A stretch of 64,000 nt of DNA from the human T2T-CHM13v2.0 reference genome, Homo sapiens. The notes beneath the pieces were generated by a model, which had not been told where the DNA came from, made no database searches, and was given only the letters and a program-made list of their open reading frames with translations. The stretch is from assembly GCF_009914755.1 (NCBI RefSeq), contig NC_060929.1, one strand, 5' to 3'. Shown here in pieces: positions 27,551-47,193 of this stretch; position 1 is the first letter of the stretch, and each line of letters begins with the position of its first letter. The position numbers and the translations under genes are program-made.

Positions 27551-27910
27551 AGTATCTTAGTTTGAGTTCTTCCAAAAAGAGACATGAGAGAAGCAGTTGG
27601 ATATAAGTAGTTCAATCTGCTGGTGATGACACTTCGGGAGCACTATGAGAAAGGGGAGAGTGAGACAGGGAAGGAACACATCAGTAATTGACATGTTAAT
27701 TAGAGGGATATCACTGTAGGGACCTCATGGCTCAGAGTTATCCCACCAGAGAAGCAAAGAAGGTAGGTCCCTTATCTTCTGACTTCTGCCTCTCATCAGT
27801 TGAAGGTTTTCCTTGGCCATAAAAGAACCTCAGGTAGATACGGAAATAGCCTACCTGTAATTCCCAGGGTAGGCCAAGGGCATATGGACAGGGTTTCACA
27901 ACATCTGCTA
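27551..27910 (-). mobile_element. LTR33-like ERVL LTR fragment
   Basis: tttgagttcttccaaaaagagacatgag..aagtag..ggtgat..gtgagacagggaagg. Confidence 0.6.
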
Positions 27911-28275
27911 AAAGGTATTTTAGGAGTTAAGAAGGTTGTATCTGTGGACTAAAATATTGTTGGATCAGAACATTTTAGGAATAAAAGGGAACTCAGAAGT
28001 CATCTGATGTCACAACCCTTTTTCTACAACTTAAGCAAAGATAACCTCCATAATATCACTTAAAATAGTGATCTCTGCTATTCTCATCAGTGTTATGAAG
28101 CACAGCACATCACATGCAGATATAGGTTTATTTGTTTTTTTTTCTGCAGAGTCATCCCTATATGATTCTGATTTTGTTTATGTGGAATCAGAATCTACTG
28201 GAATCTTCCACTGGTGGCTAACTTCCCTTCTGAGTCTATACAATACATATTTAAAGTCTTTTTTAGAGGAAAGCC

Positions 28276-28787
28276 TGTAGGAGCCAGCCCCCAAGATGGC
28301 CCCCAATGACCCCTGACTCCTAATATTTGTGCCCTTGTAGAGTTTTCTCTTGCAGTGGATAAGGCTGACTTATGTGTCCAATAGAATTTTATGGAAATGA
28401 CAGAATAAGGCTTCCAAGACTAGGTCATAAATGTCATTGCAGTTTCCATCTTCTTCTCTTGGATTACACACTCTGGGGGAAACTGACTGCCATGTCGTGA
28501 AGACACTCAGGAAGCCCTGTGGAGAGGTCTACATGATTAAGAACTGAGTCCTCCTGCCAACAGCCACATGAGTACACTATTTTGGAAGTGCCAGCCAAGC
28601 CTTCAGAGGACAGCAGCTGCAGCCAGCAATTTGACTGCAACTTCATGAGAGACCCTGAGCCAGAAACACCTAGCTATGCTGCTCTCAGGTTTTCGGCATT
28701 CAGAAACTGTGTAAGATACTACATCTTGATTGTTTTAAGCCACTGAGTTTTGGAATAACATGTTACACAGCATGGATATCTAGTACT
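28276..28787 (+). mobile_element. MLT1F-like MaLR solo LTR
   Basis: tgtaggagccagcccccaagatggcccccaatga..actctggggga..tgccatgt..gactgcaacttcatgagagaccctgagccag; TSD aagcc/tagcc. Confidence 0.85.
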
Positions 28788-28929
28788 TAGCCTTTTTGTT
28801 ATTTAAAGACAGCTACTTCCAATCTTGTAGTTGGATAAATACTCACCTTTTCTTTCTTACTTCATGTGGTTTAGTTTTCTACTTTATTGCTCTATCTTGA
28901 AACCATTCTTATATGTGAATACCCTTTTT

Positions 28930-29470
28930 AGTGTCAGTCTGTACAAGTTAAATCTCTTTGTTGAAAGTAACAGAAACCAAATTCAGCCAGTATATGCAAA
29001 AAAGTGGGAGATGTATTGTCTCATGTAATCAAATTTTCAGAAAAGAAGATGATCTGGCCTTAGAGACAGCTGAAACCAGGGACTTAAATGACACGTGACC
29101 TCTCTGTCTCTTTTTTCTACTTTTTTCTAACCTAGCTTTTGCTTTATTCTCAAATCTGTTGTCCCCAGAAAATTGTAATTTTTTAATGTAGCTTTCATAG
29201 TCAGAGCTGTGTAACCAGAGACCAAAGTTCTCCCCTACCAGACAGTTCTGTCTTAAAGAATCTCAGGAAAGAATTGCAACTTGTCTAACTTAGACCATAT
29301 TCCTATCCTTAGACCACTGTGACCAGGAACACTTTATCATGCCCAAATAGATCATATGTGCACCTCTGTGGCTAGAAGCATATTGGACAGAGGCTTATGA
29401 GAGTGTGGGAGGAGTAAGTAACTTTAAAATGTAGGTGACCTATGGACAGAAGAAACCATAAATAACTTCT
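28930..29470 (-). mobile_element. MLT1K/L-like MaLR LTR
   Basis: ttgaaagtaacagaaaccaaattca..tattgtctcatgtaa..aaccagggacttaaatgac. Confidence 0.6.
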
Positions 29471-29964
29471 GCCATCTTAGCTGGATGTTATAACCCTGTT
29501 GTGCTTGAATTCACACGAAATAAACAGAGATGATTTTTTGGTTGTCAGGTCAGTGCATTCTGTATCATAAATAGGGTAAGGTGGTCAGGGATAAGATCTC
29601 TGGAATAAAATAGAATAGTCATGAGCATGGTTGGTGGTAATAAGAAAATCTATTCTTATTTAAGTTAGAGGTTTCACTGACACAAGGGACAATAGGAGGT
29701 GGAGAATATCATACCAAAGAAGAAAGACTGGTCAGATGTGTGCTTGAACTTCTAAGAGGGAAACACAGAAGTCAATGATTAAAGCCATGGCTTCTCAGTC
29801 AAAGTTGTGATGCATTGGAATCACAGTCCTTTGTAAGGTAGTTTGAGAAGTTCATCTCAAATAGATAAGCTATTATGGTTTATAAAATATTTCCTTTTTT
29901 ACACACCAAGTTGGACCTTTAGTCACCCTTATAATGGCCATTTTGTTAGTACATATCCCCAAAG

Positions 29965-30245
29965 ACAGTATAGCCTCATGGTTAGAAAGATGGTCACCTG
30001 AACAGTCAGCCTAAATTTGAAACTTTGATTTGCTACTTATTAGATGTATACTATTAAGCAAGTTATTTAATCTCCCTATGTCTCAATTGTGCCTTGTAGA
30101 ATTTGGAATTATAACAATAATACTATTTTATCAATATTTTATTAATTAAATGAATTAACATATACAAAATTCTCACAATAGCATCTGAAATATACTAAGT
30201 GCTACATGGACATTAGCAATTGACACTATTATTATTGTCATTATC
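29965..30245 (+). mobile_element. MIR SINE
   Basis: acagtatagc..tggttagaa..tgctacttattag..gcaagttatttaatctc..taaatgaattaacatata. Confidence 0.75.
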
Positions 30246-30513
30246 CTTGAATTGGGGCAAACAGTTTACACTTAAATTTATCCCCATGGAAATTTTTGCA
30301 TACCCTAGGATACCCTGATGTGAGTGTGTCACCCATCTGAATAGCATCCATCCCATATGTTAATGAAGAAGAGAATATGAAAGTTATCATTCTAAGCATT
30401 TCATGGACTTGATCATAGTTTATCTAGTAAGAGATTGGCAAAGCAATCAAGTTGGAATGATTTGTGGGACATTTTGGCTGGAAATAGAGACCTCTTTAAA
30501 GAATGAAATATCT

Positions 30514-31540
30514 GAAGATGGCCGAACAGGAACAGCTCCGGTCTACAGCTCACAGCGTGAGCGACACAAAAGATGGTGATTTCTGCATTTCCAACTGAGG
30601 TACCGGGTTCATCTCACTGGGGAGTGCCAGACAGTAGGTGCAGGACAGTGGGTGCAGCGCACCGTGCACGAGCCGAAGCAGGGTGAGGCATCATCTCACC
30701 CAGGAAGCGCAAGGGGTCAGGGAATTCCCTTTCCTAGTCAAAGAAAATGGCGACAGAGGGCACCTGGAAAATCAGGTCACTCCAACCCTAATACTGAGCT
30801 TTTCCAACGGGCTTAAAAAACGGCACACCAAGAGATTATATCCCGCACCTGGCTCGGAGGGTCCTACGCCCACTGAGTCTCGCTCATTGCTAGCACAGCA
30901 ATCCGAGATCAAACTGCAAGGCAGCAGCGAGGCTGGGGGAGGGGTGCCCGCAATTGCTGAGTTAGTTGTTTGATTAGGTAAACAAAGCGGCCGGCCGGGA
31001 AGCTCAAACTGGGTGAAGCCCACCACAGCTCAAGGAGGCCTGCCTGCCTCTGTATGCTCCACCTCTGGGGGCAGGGCACAGACAAACAAAAAGACAGCAG
31101 TAACCTCTGCAGACTTAAATGTCCCTGTCTGACAGCTTTGAAGAGAGCAGTGGTTCTCCCAGCACACAGCTTGAGATCTGAGAACAGGCAGACTGCCTCC
31201 TCAAGTGGGTCCCTGACCCCCGAGTAGCCTAACTGGGAGGCACCCCCCAGTAGGGGCAGACTGACACCTCACACGGCCGGGTACTCCTCTGAGACAAAAC
31301 TTCCAGGGGAACCATCAGGCAACAGCAACTGCGGTTCACCAATATCTGCTGTTCTGCAGCCACCGCTGCTGATACCCAGGCAAACAGGGTCTGGAGTGGA
31401 CCTCTAGCAAACTCCAACAGACCTACAGGTGAGAGTCCTGTCTGTTAGAAGGAAAACTAACAAACAGAAAGGACATCCACACCAAAACCCCATCTGTACG
31501 CCACCATCATCAAAGACCAAAGGTAGATAAAACTACAAAG
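30514..31540 (+). promoter_or_regulatory. L1 5'UTR with sense promoter (YY1 site aagatggcc), antisense promoter region and the retained ~129-bp segment
   Basis: Colinear with the L1PA 5'UTR; extra segment 31288-31415 relative to L1HS. Confidence 0.8.
30772..30954 (-). pseudogene. ORF0: L1 ORF0 remnant (start ATG>ATT, premature stop after RVGVT)
   Basis: Translation (I)AGTPPPASLLPCSLISDCCASNERDSVGVGPSEPG.. matches primate L1 ORF0. Confidence 0.8.
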
Positions 31541-32556
31541 ATGGGAATAAAACAGAGCAGAAAAACTGGAAACTCTAAAAATCAGAGCGCCTCTCCTCTG
31601 CCAAAGGAACACAGCTCCTCACCAGCAACGGAACAAAGCTGGACAGAGAATGACTTTGATGAGTTGAGAAAAGAAGGCTTCAGACGATCAAACTACTCCG
31701 AGCTACAGGAGGAAATTCAAACCAATGGCAAAGAAGTTAAAAGCTTGAAAAAAAATTAGATGAATGGATAACTAGAATAACCAATGCAGAGAACTCCTTA
31801 AAGGACCTGACGGAGCTGAAAACCAAGGCATGAGAGCTACGTGACAAATGCAGAAGCCTCAGTAGCCGATGCAATCAACTGGAAGAAAGGGTATCAGTGA
31901 TGGAAGATGAAATGAATAAAATGAAGCAAGAAGAGAAGTTCAGAGAAAAAAGAATAAAAAGAAAGGAACAAAGCCTCCAAGAAATATGGGACTATGTGAA
32001 AAGACCAAATCTATGTCTGATTCGTGTACCTGAAAATGACGGGGAGAATGGAACCAAGTTGGAAAACACTCTGCAGGATATTATCCGGGAGAACTTCCCC
32101 AATCTAGCAAGGCAGGCCAACATTCAGATTCAGGAAATACAGAGAACGTCATAAAGATACTCCTCGAGAAGAGCAACTCCAAGACACATAATTGTCAGAT
32201 TCACCAAAATTGAAATGAAGGAAAAAATGATAATGGCAGCCAGAGAGACAGGTCGGGTTACCCACAAAGGGAAGCCCATCAGACTAAAAGCAGATCTCTC
32301 AGCACAAACTCTACAAGCCAGAAGAGAGTGGGGGCCAATATTCAACATTCTTAAAGAAAAGAATTTTCAATCCAGAATTTCATATCCAGCCAAACTAAGC
32401 TTCATAAGTGAAGGAGAAATAAAATACTTTACAGACAAGCAAATGCTGAGAGATTTTGTCACCACCAGGCATGCCCGAAAAGAGCTCCTGAAGGAAGCAC
32501 TACACATGGAAAGGAACAACTGGTACCAGCCACTGCAAAATCATGCCAAAATGTAA
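31541..32556 (+). pseudogene. ORF1: L1 ORF1p (RNA-binding/chaperone), disrupted
   Basis: MGIKQSRKTGNSK..SLQEIWDYVKRPNL..YPAKLSF..QPLQNHAKM*; frameshift near 31750, stops at 31831 (TGA) and 32152 (TAA). Confidence 0.95.
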
Positions 32557-32619
32557 AGACCATCGAGACTAGGAAGAAAATGCATCAACTAACGAGCAAA
32601 ATAACCAGCTAACATCATC

Positions 32620-36444
<3,825 letters not shown>

Positions 36445-37614
36445 ACAGTGAGAACACATGGACACAGGAAGGGGAACATCACACACCAGGGACTGTTGTG
36501 GGGTGGGGGGAGGGGGGAGGGATAGCATTAGGAGATATACCTAGTGCTAAATGATGAGTTAATGGGTGCAGCACACCAACATGGCACATGTATACATATG
36601 TAACAAACCTGCATGTTGTGCACATGTACCCTAAAACTTAAAGTATAATAATAATAAAATTTTAGAAAAAAGAATGAAACATCTATCTTATTATGTGTTA
36701 ACATCTGTTCTGTTTGCATGTAGATCTGTTTTTAAGTATTACAAGAACAAATATATCACAATGTACTTCCATAAGAAAAGAGCATTCATCTGTGGGTTGT
36801 TGGTTTTCTAATTGCAGTAGCAAAGATTTAAGTCATATTTTGGACCCAAACATATCCATCATAAAAGCTAATCTTTATACTAATGTCCATTTTTATCCAA
36901 GTACAGTGCATAATTAAATGCTAGCACTGAGAAGCACTGTATTTAGAAAAGAACAAGGTAAGATTATCAACCACAGCTATGTGTATACTCCTCCAGCTCA
37001 AATATTTCAGGCCATACACACTTGCTACTTCCATTGCTTATTTTTTTTAAATATTTTCAGACAAAATGTGTATATTATATTTTTAAATATATGGCAATTG
37101 GATCATTACATCATATAATCACAAAACTTTAAAAACTAAATGATGTTTAAAGATCACTCAATACACCTATCTAAGCCTCCTTTTGCCAATTATTTTGAAT
37201 ACCTCTGTCTCAAGTCACAGAATAACTCATGGAAGGTATGAAACATGTGCAAGCACGATCCCATGGCAATCATTACCAATTCCCTGTAAAGCCTAAATGA
37301 GCATCAGAATCCTTTTCCACACAGTAAACCAGGTGGCCACTTCAAATCAATAAAAATCAGTGTAAAAACTGAAATCTGTTTACTTTGCCCTAATGATGGT
37401 TAGCTAAACAGAACCCAGGATACCCAATTTTCATATTAATATGATTGTACCATTAAAATTTCTCAGTTATTAACTATTTGAACTAGATTTGTCCATCTCG
37501 ACACTATTTTGTTGAGTGTTCATGAAGAATCTGTTCCTGTGAGTGAATCTATTAGTGAAAACTCTTTCCTGGACCTAGTCACTGATAAAGTCCCATACTG
37601 CAAGTTACATTTTC

Positions 37615-40540
<2,926 letters not shown>

Positions 40541-40599
40541 AACTATATTTATATTTGTCCTAGACACATTGTTTGTATAGATTATATAGATTTATAGAA

Positions 40600-41120
40600 T
40601 CAGAAGTCTTTATCTTGGCTCAAGATCTGGGCCCCTTGCCTTCTTCTTAGAAGTTATGTCGTATCTAGCTTTCCCTAATTTACAATGAACTATTCCTGTG
40701 GCTCCCTTTCCATATATCCAATATCCCAAGTCATTTACTCATCACAGCCTTTGTGCTTGGTATTCTTTCTATCTGGAGTCTCCTTCCCCTAGAAGAAATT
40801 TCTCATCCCTCTTGTCTCACCTCAGATATCACCTTCTCAGAGAGGCTATCCCTGACCACTCTTTCTGAAAAAGCTCTTTCTACTCTTACCCTATATACAG
40901 ACCTCCCACCTCTAGGTTATCTTTATCACATTATGTTTTTTTCATTCACAGTTTTTATTAAACTTCACAATTACAATGTTTGTGTCACTCATTTTATTTG
41001 TTTCTTCCAGTATAATGTGAGTTTCATGAGGTTAGGGACCTTGTTGGTCCTATGTATCTCTATATTCTCTTGGCCTGCAGTTATTAGCACATGCTAGATG
41101 TACAATAGTAGATAGATGAA
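40600..41120 (+). mobile_element. L2 LINE 3' fragment
   Basis: atcaccttctcagagaggct..cctgaccact..ttcatgagg..tagcacat..gatgaatga. Confidence 0.7.
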
Positions 41121-42537
41121 TGATGAGAATTCTACTTAGTATCAATAACATTCCTGGGTTTAGGATCCTACAAGTATACTCTATCTTTCAGTTAAATTCT
41201 AAGCACAAATCAATCAAGATATGGGAAGGAACCAATTACACTAAGAAAATGACTAGAAGTACCTTGAATTTCTTCTTTTGGGGAAAACTTGATAGGAAAG
41301 AAAGGTTTCTTTTCTAAAGATTGGGATAGATTGCTCACTTTTGCCGTGACTTAGAACAAAGCACCATTTTTAACTTAGTCTCCAATTTCCTTATCTGTAA
41401 AATCACAAGGTTGAATCAGGTGACCTCACAGTGTCTTCCACCCTCTACCCCCGTTTTTGGAGTCTCACAATGCACCCTTATTACCAATTAGAGAGAAAAC
41501 TACTTTAACTTTGGAACATAAAATTGATTCCAAACGCCACGTAATGAAAGAATAAATATGAAACACCAGGATACTACTTTAACAGAATCTTTTTTATGTC
41601 CATAATGGTACTTTATTATTATTATCATTTTTTGCCAGGAACATTTAGAAGTTTATAGCACTAGAATAAAACACACAGTCTTTCATCTAGTTAACCAACT
41701 TATGGCTATTGTATTCTAAACTGCTCTACAATGCCACTGGGAATAAATTTGCTGAGATTTATGTTATTTTATTTTTGATTTTAAATGACATAAGCTGTGA
41801 ATCAAGTTTGCCAAGTGATAAACTTAAGGTTGGTCTTCACATGGGTTGCACAGTAAACTGGCATATTTCTCTGGCTCTCAGAAGCTCTGGCTCTTATCTC
41901 AAAAGACCAACTCAAAGTCAAAAACTTCATAGGGCTCTTAAGTCAGAAAAATACAGGAAAAAAAGGAAATCAACAAATAGCAAGAAAATTTCCAAGTCTG
42001 AAGTAGAACAAAGAGTATTTATACAACGTTGATTTTTCTAGATCTGGATAATGAAGTTGGGTTACTTCGGATAGACAGAGGCCAGGTGAGTGAATCAAGT
42101 GAATGATTTATGTATATTTTTGGACATTATAATTTGTCAGCTAACTCTCCCATGGATTGAAATTTCCCTGTGTGCATAGCACAGTGCTTGTTATAAAACA
42201 GGGAAAATAGATTCAAGTTAAATGAGGATTTGGTCATTACTTAGTCTATCTCAAAACAAGAAAAGCTCACCCACTTCAAATTTCTGCCTGGGAGCTAAAG
42301 AATGCTGCCCCATCTAGAGATACTCCTTTCTTTCAAGAGCACTTAGTATGTGCCACGTGGTTGGTACAATTCTCTGCATTGGGAGCCCTGTAATGTGGGC
42401 CCATCTGGGCTCAAGATGAGAGGCAAGTAGCATACACGTTGTACACAGATTGACCTTTATAAAATTGCTTAAAAATTGTAAAATATTAAGTCCACTTAAC
42501 TGAAGACTTTTTAGAGGATTTTTACACTAACCAAAAC

Positions 42538-42757
42538 CAGGGTTTCTAAATCTTGGTACTATTGACATTTGGCGCTGGATAATTCTTTGTTGTGGAGGGC
42601 TTTCCTGTGCACTGAAGGATGTTTAGCAGCATCCCTGGCCTCTGTCTATGAGTTTCCACTACAACTCCCTTGCCACAAAGTTTGACAACCAAAAATGTCA
42701 CTAGAAATTGACAAATGTCTTATGAGGGTCAAAGTCACTCCTGATTGAGGGCTACTC
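42538..42757 (-). mobile_element. MER20 (hAT-Charlie)
   Basis: cagggtttct..actattgacattt..ggataattctttgttgtgg..gatgtttagcagcatccctggcctct..gacaaccaaaaatgtc. Confidence 0.88.
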
Positions 42758-42929
42758 ATACGTTTCTCTGATATGAGAGAAACTGAAGAAAGAACACCCT
42801 AGAGTATGCCAATAACCAGCTTATAAAGGAAACTGCAGCTTTGAACCAGTCTTTGGACCAATAACATAATATTTCATTTATTTAATAACTATTCTTATAT
42901 CTGCATTATAGAAATATTTCTAGCCTAGT

Positions 42930-43395
42930 AATGGCTATTTTTTGAGCAATTTCTCTGTGCTGAGTGTTTTACATGCTTTGGCTCATTTAAATTTCCCAAG
43001 GACCCTATAAGGTATGAAGGTGAGTAGTGGTAAAACCTGGATTTGGATTCAGGTTTCATTTACCCTCCAAGCTCTTAAATAGTACCCTTACTGCTGGTGG
43101 TTCTTATGACCTTGGAAATTTTGTAGACAAAAGAACACAGTGGTTAAGAGTACAGGTTCTGAAGACTTATTGCCTAGATCTAAATCTTGTCTCAACAAAT
43201 TCTTAGCTGTATAAGCTTGAGCAAATTCTTTAAGCTCTCTGAGTTTTTTTGCTTTTTGTTTTTTTTGTTTTTTTGTTTTTGTTTTTTTTTTGTTTTTTTT
43301 TTTTTGCCCATAGAAATCATCCCCTCAGAAGATTGCTGTGAGGATTATGTGAGATATGTATGCAAACACCTGGCATATAGAAAGTGTCCAACTAC
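42930..43395. mobile_element. Two MIR fragments (- then +), the second with a T-rich insertion
   Basis: agtggttaagagtacaggttctg..tagctgt..gagcaaatt..tgtgaggatta..cctggcatatag. Confidence 0.7.
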
Positions 43396-43547
43396 TATGA
43401 GCTTAGGTTTCAAAATCATATGCCTAGCAGGACTAGAAGGTAATGTCAGCAGTAGAGTGGGCTTAGGCATTGCATTAGGGAGTGGTGTGGACTGTGGTGT
43501 ACTATTAATACACAGGTCATACTCTGTCTATAGGTTTTCCAACCAAT

Positions 43548-43844
<297 letters not shown>

Positions 43845-44610
43845 CAGCCAATCTTTTTTAAAGCAGTTATCAGCCACATAACTTGTATTGCCAGAATGGA
43901 TTGGGATGATGAGCCCTCTGTTTATCAGTGAGGTAACTGAAGCTCAGAGAAGCAGAGAAACTTGTGAGGGTTCCATTCCTCAGTGGTGGGATTTTACGTG
44001 GAACCTAGGCTTCTTTGTATCTCTGGCCATGTCTCATACTCCTGCAGTAGATGTATTTCCTCCCACTCCTCAAAATAATCTCTTGCTTTTATTTTGTAAA
44101 CAAATTCTGATTTCTTCATGAGCTGAAAAGATGTATTCATATAGGGACTTGAGCAGTCCCTATATGAATACATAAAGGGCATGGCATGGGATTGCTGCTG
44201 CCAGGGCATCTGAGCATTTAAATTGCTCCCCACTGGGTGTCAGAACCCCCCAGTGACAGATTGCAGAGTGCTCCAGCATGAGGATTATAGTTTTCTACAG
44301 GGATGAGAAGGGCCAAGACTTGCGAATAAATGCAACCACCAATTAGACTCCTTCAACACTATATTTAATTTAGAGGCCTTAAAACAAACAAGTTTGTTTT
44401 TGTTTAAATATCTGATTTTTTAAGGCCACCACCCTTTAAACTATTTTTTTCTTTTGATCCTAAGTCAACTGGTTGATAGAACTTGAGAATGAAAAATTTA
44501 TATTTGACAGAATCATACCTCTTTGACATATAAAGTAGCTTAGGAGTTCAGAAAAATCCCCAATATCATGTATGAATTTCCAAATATTTCTGCTAGTTTA
44601 TCCCACTGTG

Positions 44611-44612
<2 letters not shown>

Positions 44613-44645
<33 letters not shown>
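44613..44645. repeat. (CA)n microsatellite
   Basis: About 16 CA units. Confidence 0.97.
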
Positions 44646-44647
<2 letters not shown>

Positions 44648-44984
44648 CTACTCACTCCTTAATTATTATCCTATTATCCAGTAAGGCAGAGATCATAAAT
44701 TTTATTCATCTTTGTATCTTTAACACAAAAAAACAATGTGTGGCATGACATTTTCTCTTCCTGTGTTCCTAATTTCTTCCTTAAAACTTCTAGCCATTCA
44801 TACTCTTGGTTATGTAAAAAAGAGCCTCTATCTCTTTTGAAAGACTGTTTCATAATTCCCAAATGTCTTTTCTTTTATAGCCCAAATATGATTTTCTCCT
44901 TCTATGATGTGATTTCAGATCCCTCTAAGACGTTGATCATCCTATTTGAGCTATTCAACAACTTGTTTGTTTTTACTTAAGTTC

Positions 44985-45480
44985 TGTGGCAGAGACTTCT
45001 AGTTGATCTCTAAATCCTCAACACCCATATACCATTTCTTATACATAATATCCTACATATAATGTAGGCACATGTTCACTCCTGACCCCACACCAGCTAG
45101 TGACTTCTTTTCCCAGCCTTCCTGTGTAAGTTATGACTATGTGGCTATCCTAGAAAATAAAATGGGAATGAAAGTGATATGTACAACTTCTGAGTCATGA
45201 TCCTAAAGGGATCTACTCTCCCTTTCCCTTTTCATCCTGCCGCCTGGATTATGGATATAGTAGAAGCCATTTTAGACCATGCAGATGAGGGACTTCATCT
45301 TAGGAATGGCAGGACAGCAAATTAAGAAGACTGGGTCCCTGGATAATCTTACAGAGTAGAGATGTTCTTCAGCTTTGGACTGACCACCTTTAGACAATTA
45401 CTCGATAAATATGTGTACCTTATTTAAGCCACTGTTGAGTTGAAACAATTACGTGCATCTAGATCAATAGTCTACTAATA
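44985..45480 (+). mobile_element. MLT1J-like MaLR LTR
   Basis: tgtggcagagac..ttcccagcctt..aaagtgatatgtacaacttc..gccattttagaccatg..ctgggtccctgg..tatttaagccactg. Confidence 0.7.
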
Positions 45481-45875
<395 letters not shown>

Positions 45876-46369
45876 TCAGTAGATTAAAAACTACCTTAAA
45901 TTTAAGTTATTGATTTAGCATTTGAGGAGTCAGTGGAGAAGATATAAACTTTACAAACTAAAGCTGGTGGCTTTTATTGTGCTATGTGATACCTCAGAAA
46001 GCAGACCAGCTGTTTTTTGCAGCAGCAGTTTGATATTGAAACCTCATTATATTTCTTCATCCCAAATCCAGTCGCCAATTCCTCTCTGTTGTGGCCTCTA
46101 ATTGTCATTTAATGCAGTTCTTCTCCATCCTCACATCCAGCCTTTTACTATGTGATAAGCATGTCTCATGAATTTGAATTTATATGATTTTATGTTTTAA
46201 ATACTGTTTAAAAACTGAAATGCCAGGTATATCACCTTCTGGTATATCATCAGAGATTTCCTTCAAGTTTGATATTAATCCATTCATCAAATTTGCAGAG
46301 ACAATTTTTCAATTGTACTCAAAGGGAAATTGCCTTTAATTGCTCAGATAACTGAGTCTTTCTTACTGT

Positions 46370-46371
<2 letters not shown>

Positions 46372-46406
<35 letters not shown>
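46372..46406. repeat. (CA)n microsatellite
   Basis: CA run with one TA interruption. Confidence 0.95.
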
Positions 46407-46410
<4 letters not shown>

Positions 46411-46484
46411 CATCTTAACATAGCTACATGTTAGTAAGGCATTCACGTTAGTTTTTTTTATGGTTTCAATACTAATCTTTAAAC

Positions 46485-46711
46485 CAGGGTTCAGCAAACT
46501 ATGGCCCATTAGCCAAATATGGCCCTTCTCTTTCTTTTTTTAAGTAAAGTTTTATTGGAACATAGCTATCCCCATTTGTTTATGTATTGTCTGTCTGTGG
46601 CTGCTTTTGTGCTACAATGGCAAAGTCGATTAGTTACCACAAAGATTACATGGCCACAAAGGATAAAGATTTACTGTCTGGCCCTATGCAGAAAATGTTC
46701 TCTAATCCCTG
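46485..46711 (+). mobile_element. MER58A (hAT-Charlie)
   Basis: cagggttcagcaaactatggccc..taaagttttattggaacatagc..ends atccctg. Confidence 0.88.
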
Positions 46712-46719
46712 TTCTAAGT

Positions 46720-46961
46720 AAGTGTTTCCAATCTTTTTATTCATGATTGTTCCCACAAGGGACCTTTTGAGACTTTTTGTTTTGTTTTGTTTTTTTCATT
46801 ACCCTGCCCTGTGAAATTTTAATGCCACAGATATACCAGATATCTGTGCATGTACCCTGTGTGTATTTGTTCTTTATACATAAAAATAATAAGATTTCTC
46901 ATCCCCTAAAAACCAATTGTTGTGCCCTCAGAGGCACTATTACTGTTGTTGAGAATGCATT
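46720..46961. mobile_element. MER112-like hAT-Charlie MITE
   Basis: agtgtttc..gaaattttaatgccacagatata..ctttatacataaaaa..aaccaatt..gttgagaatgcat. Confidence 0.65.
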
Positions 46962-46969
46962 CTCTAGAC

Positions 46970-47193
46970 CAGAATTTCTCAGTTTCAGCACTCTTGATAT
47001 TTTGGGCCAAATAATTATTTATGGTAGAGGCTGTCCTGCGCATTGAAGGATGCTTAGCAACATCCCTGCCCTCTGCCCACCAAATGCAAGTAGCACTCCT
47101 CTACATAATCTGTGACAACCAAAATGCCTCCAGACAATGCTAAATGCCTCGGGATCAAGAGGGAGGCAAAATTTTCGCCAATGAGAATTAATG
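46970..47193 (-). mobile_element. MER20 (hAT-Charlie)
   Basis: cagaatttctcagtttcagcact..ttttgggcca..ggctgtcctg..gtgacaaccaaaatg..ggcaaaatt..tgagaa. Confidence 0.85.

Noticed and set aside
36488-36521. G-quadruplex-forming G-rich tract
   Set aside because: Standard feature of the L1PA 3'UTR, not locus-specific.
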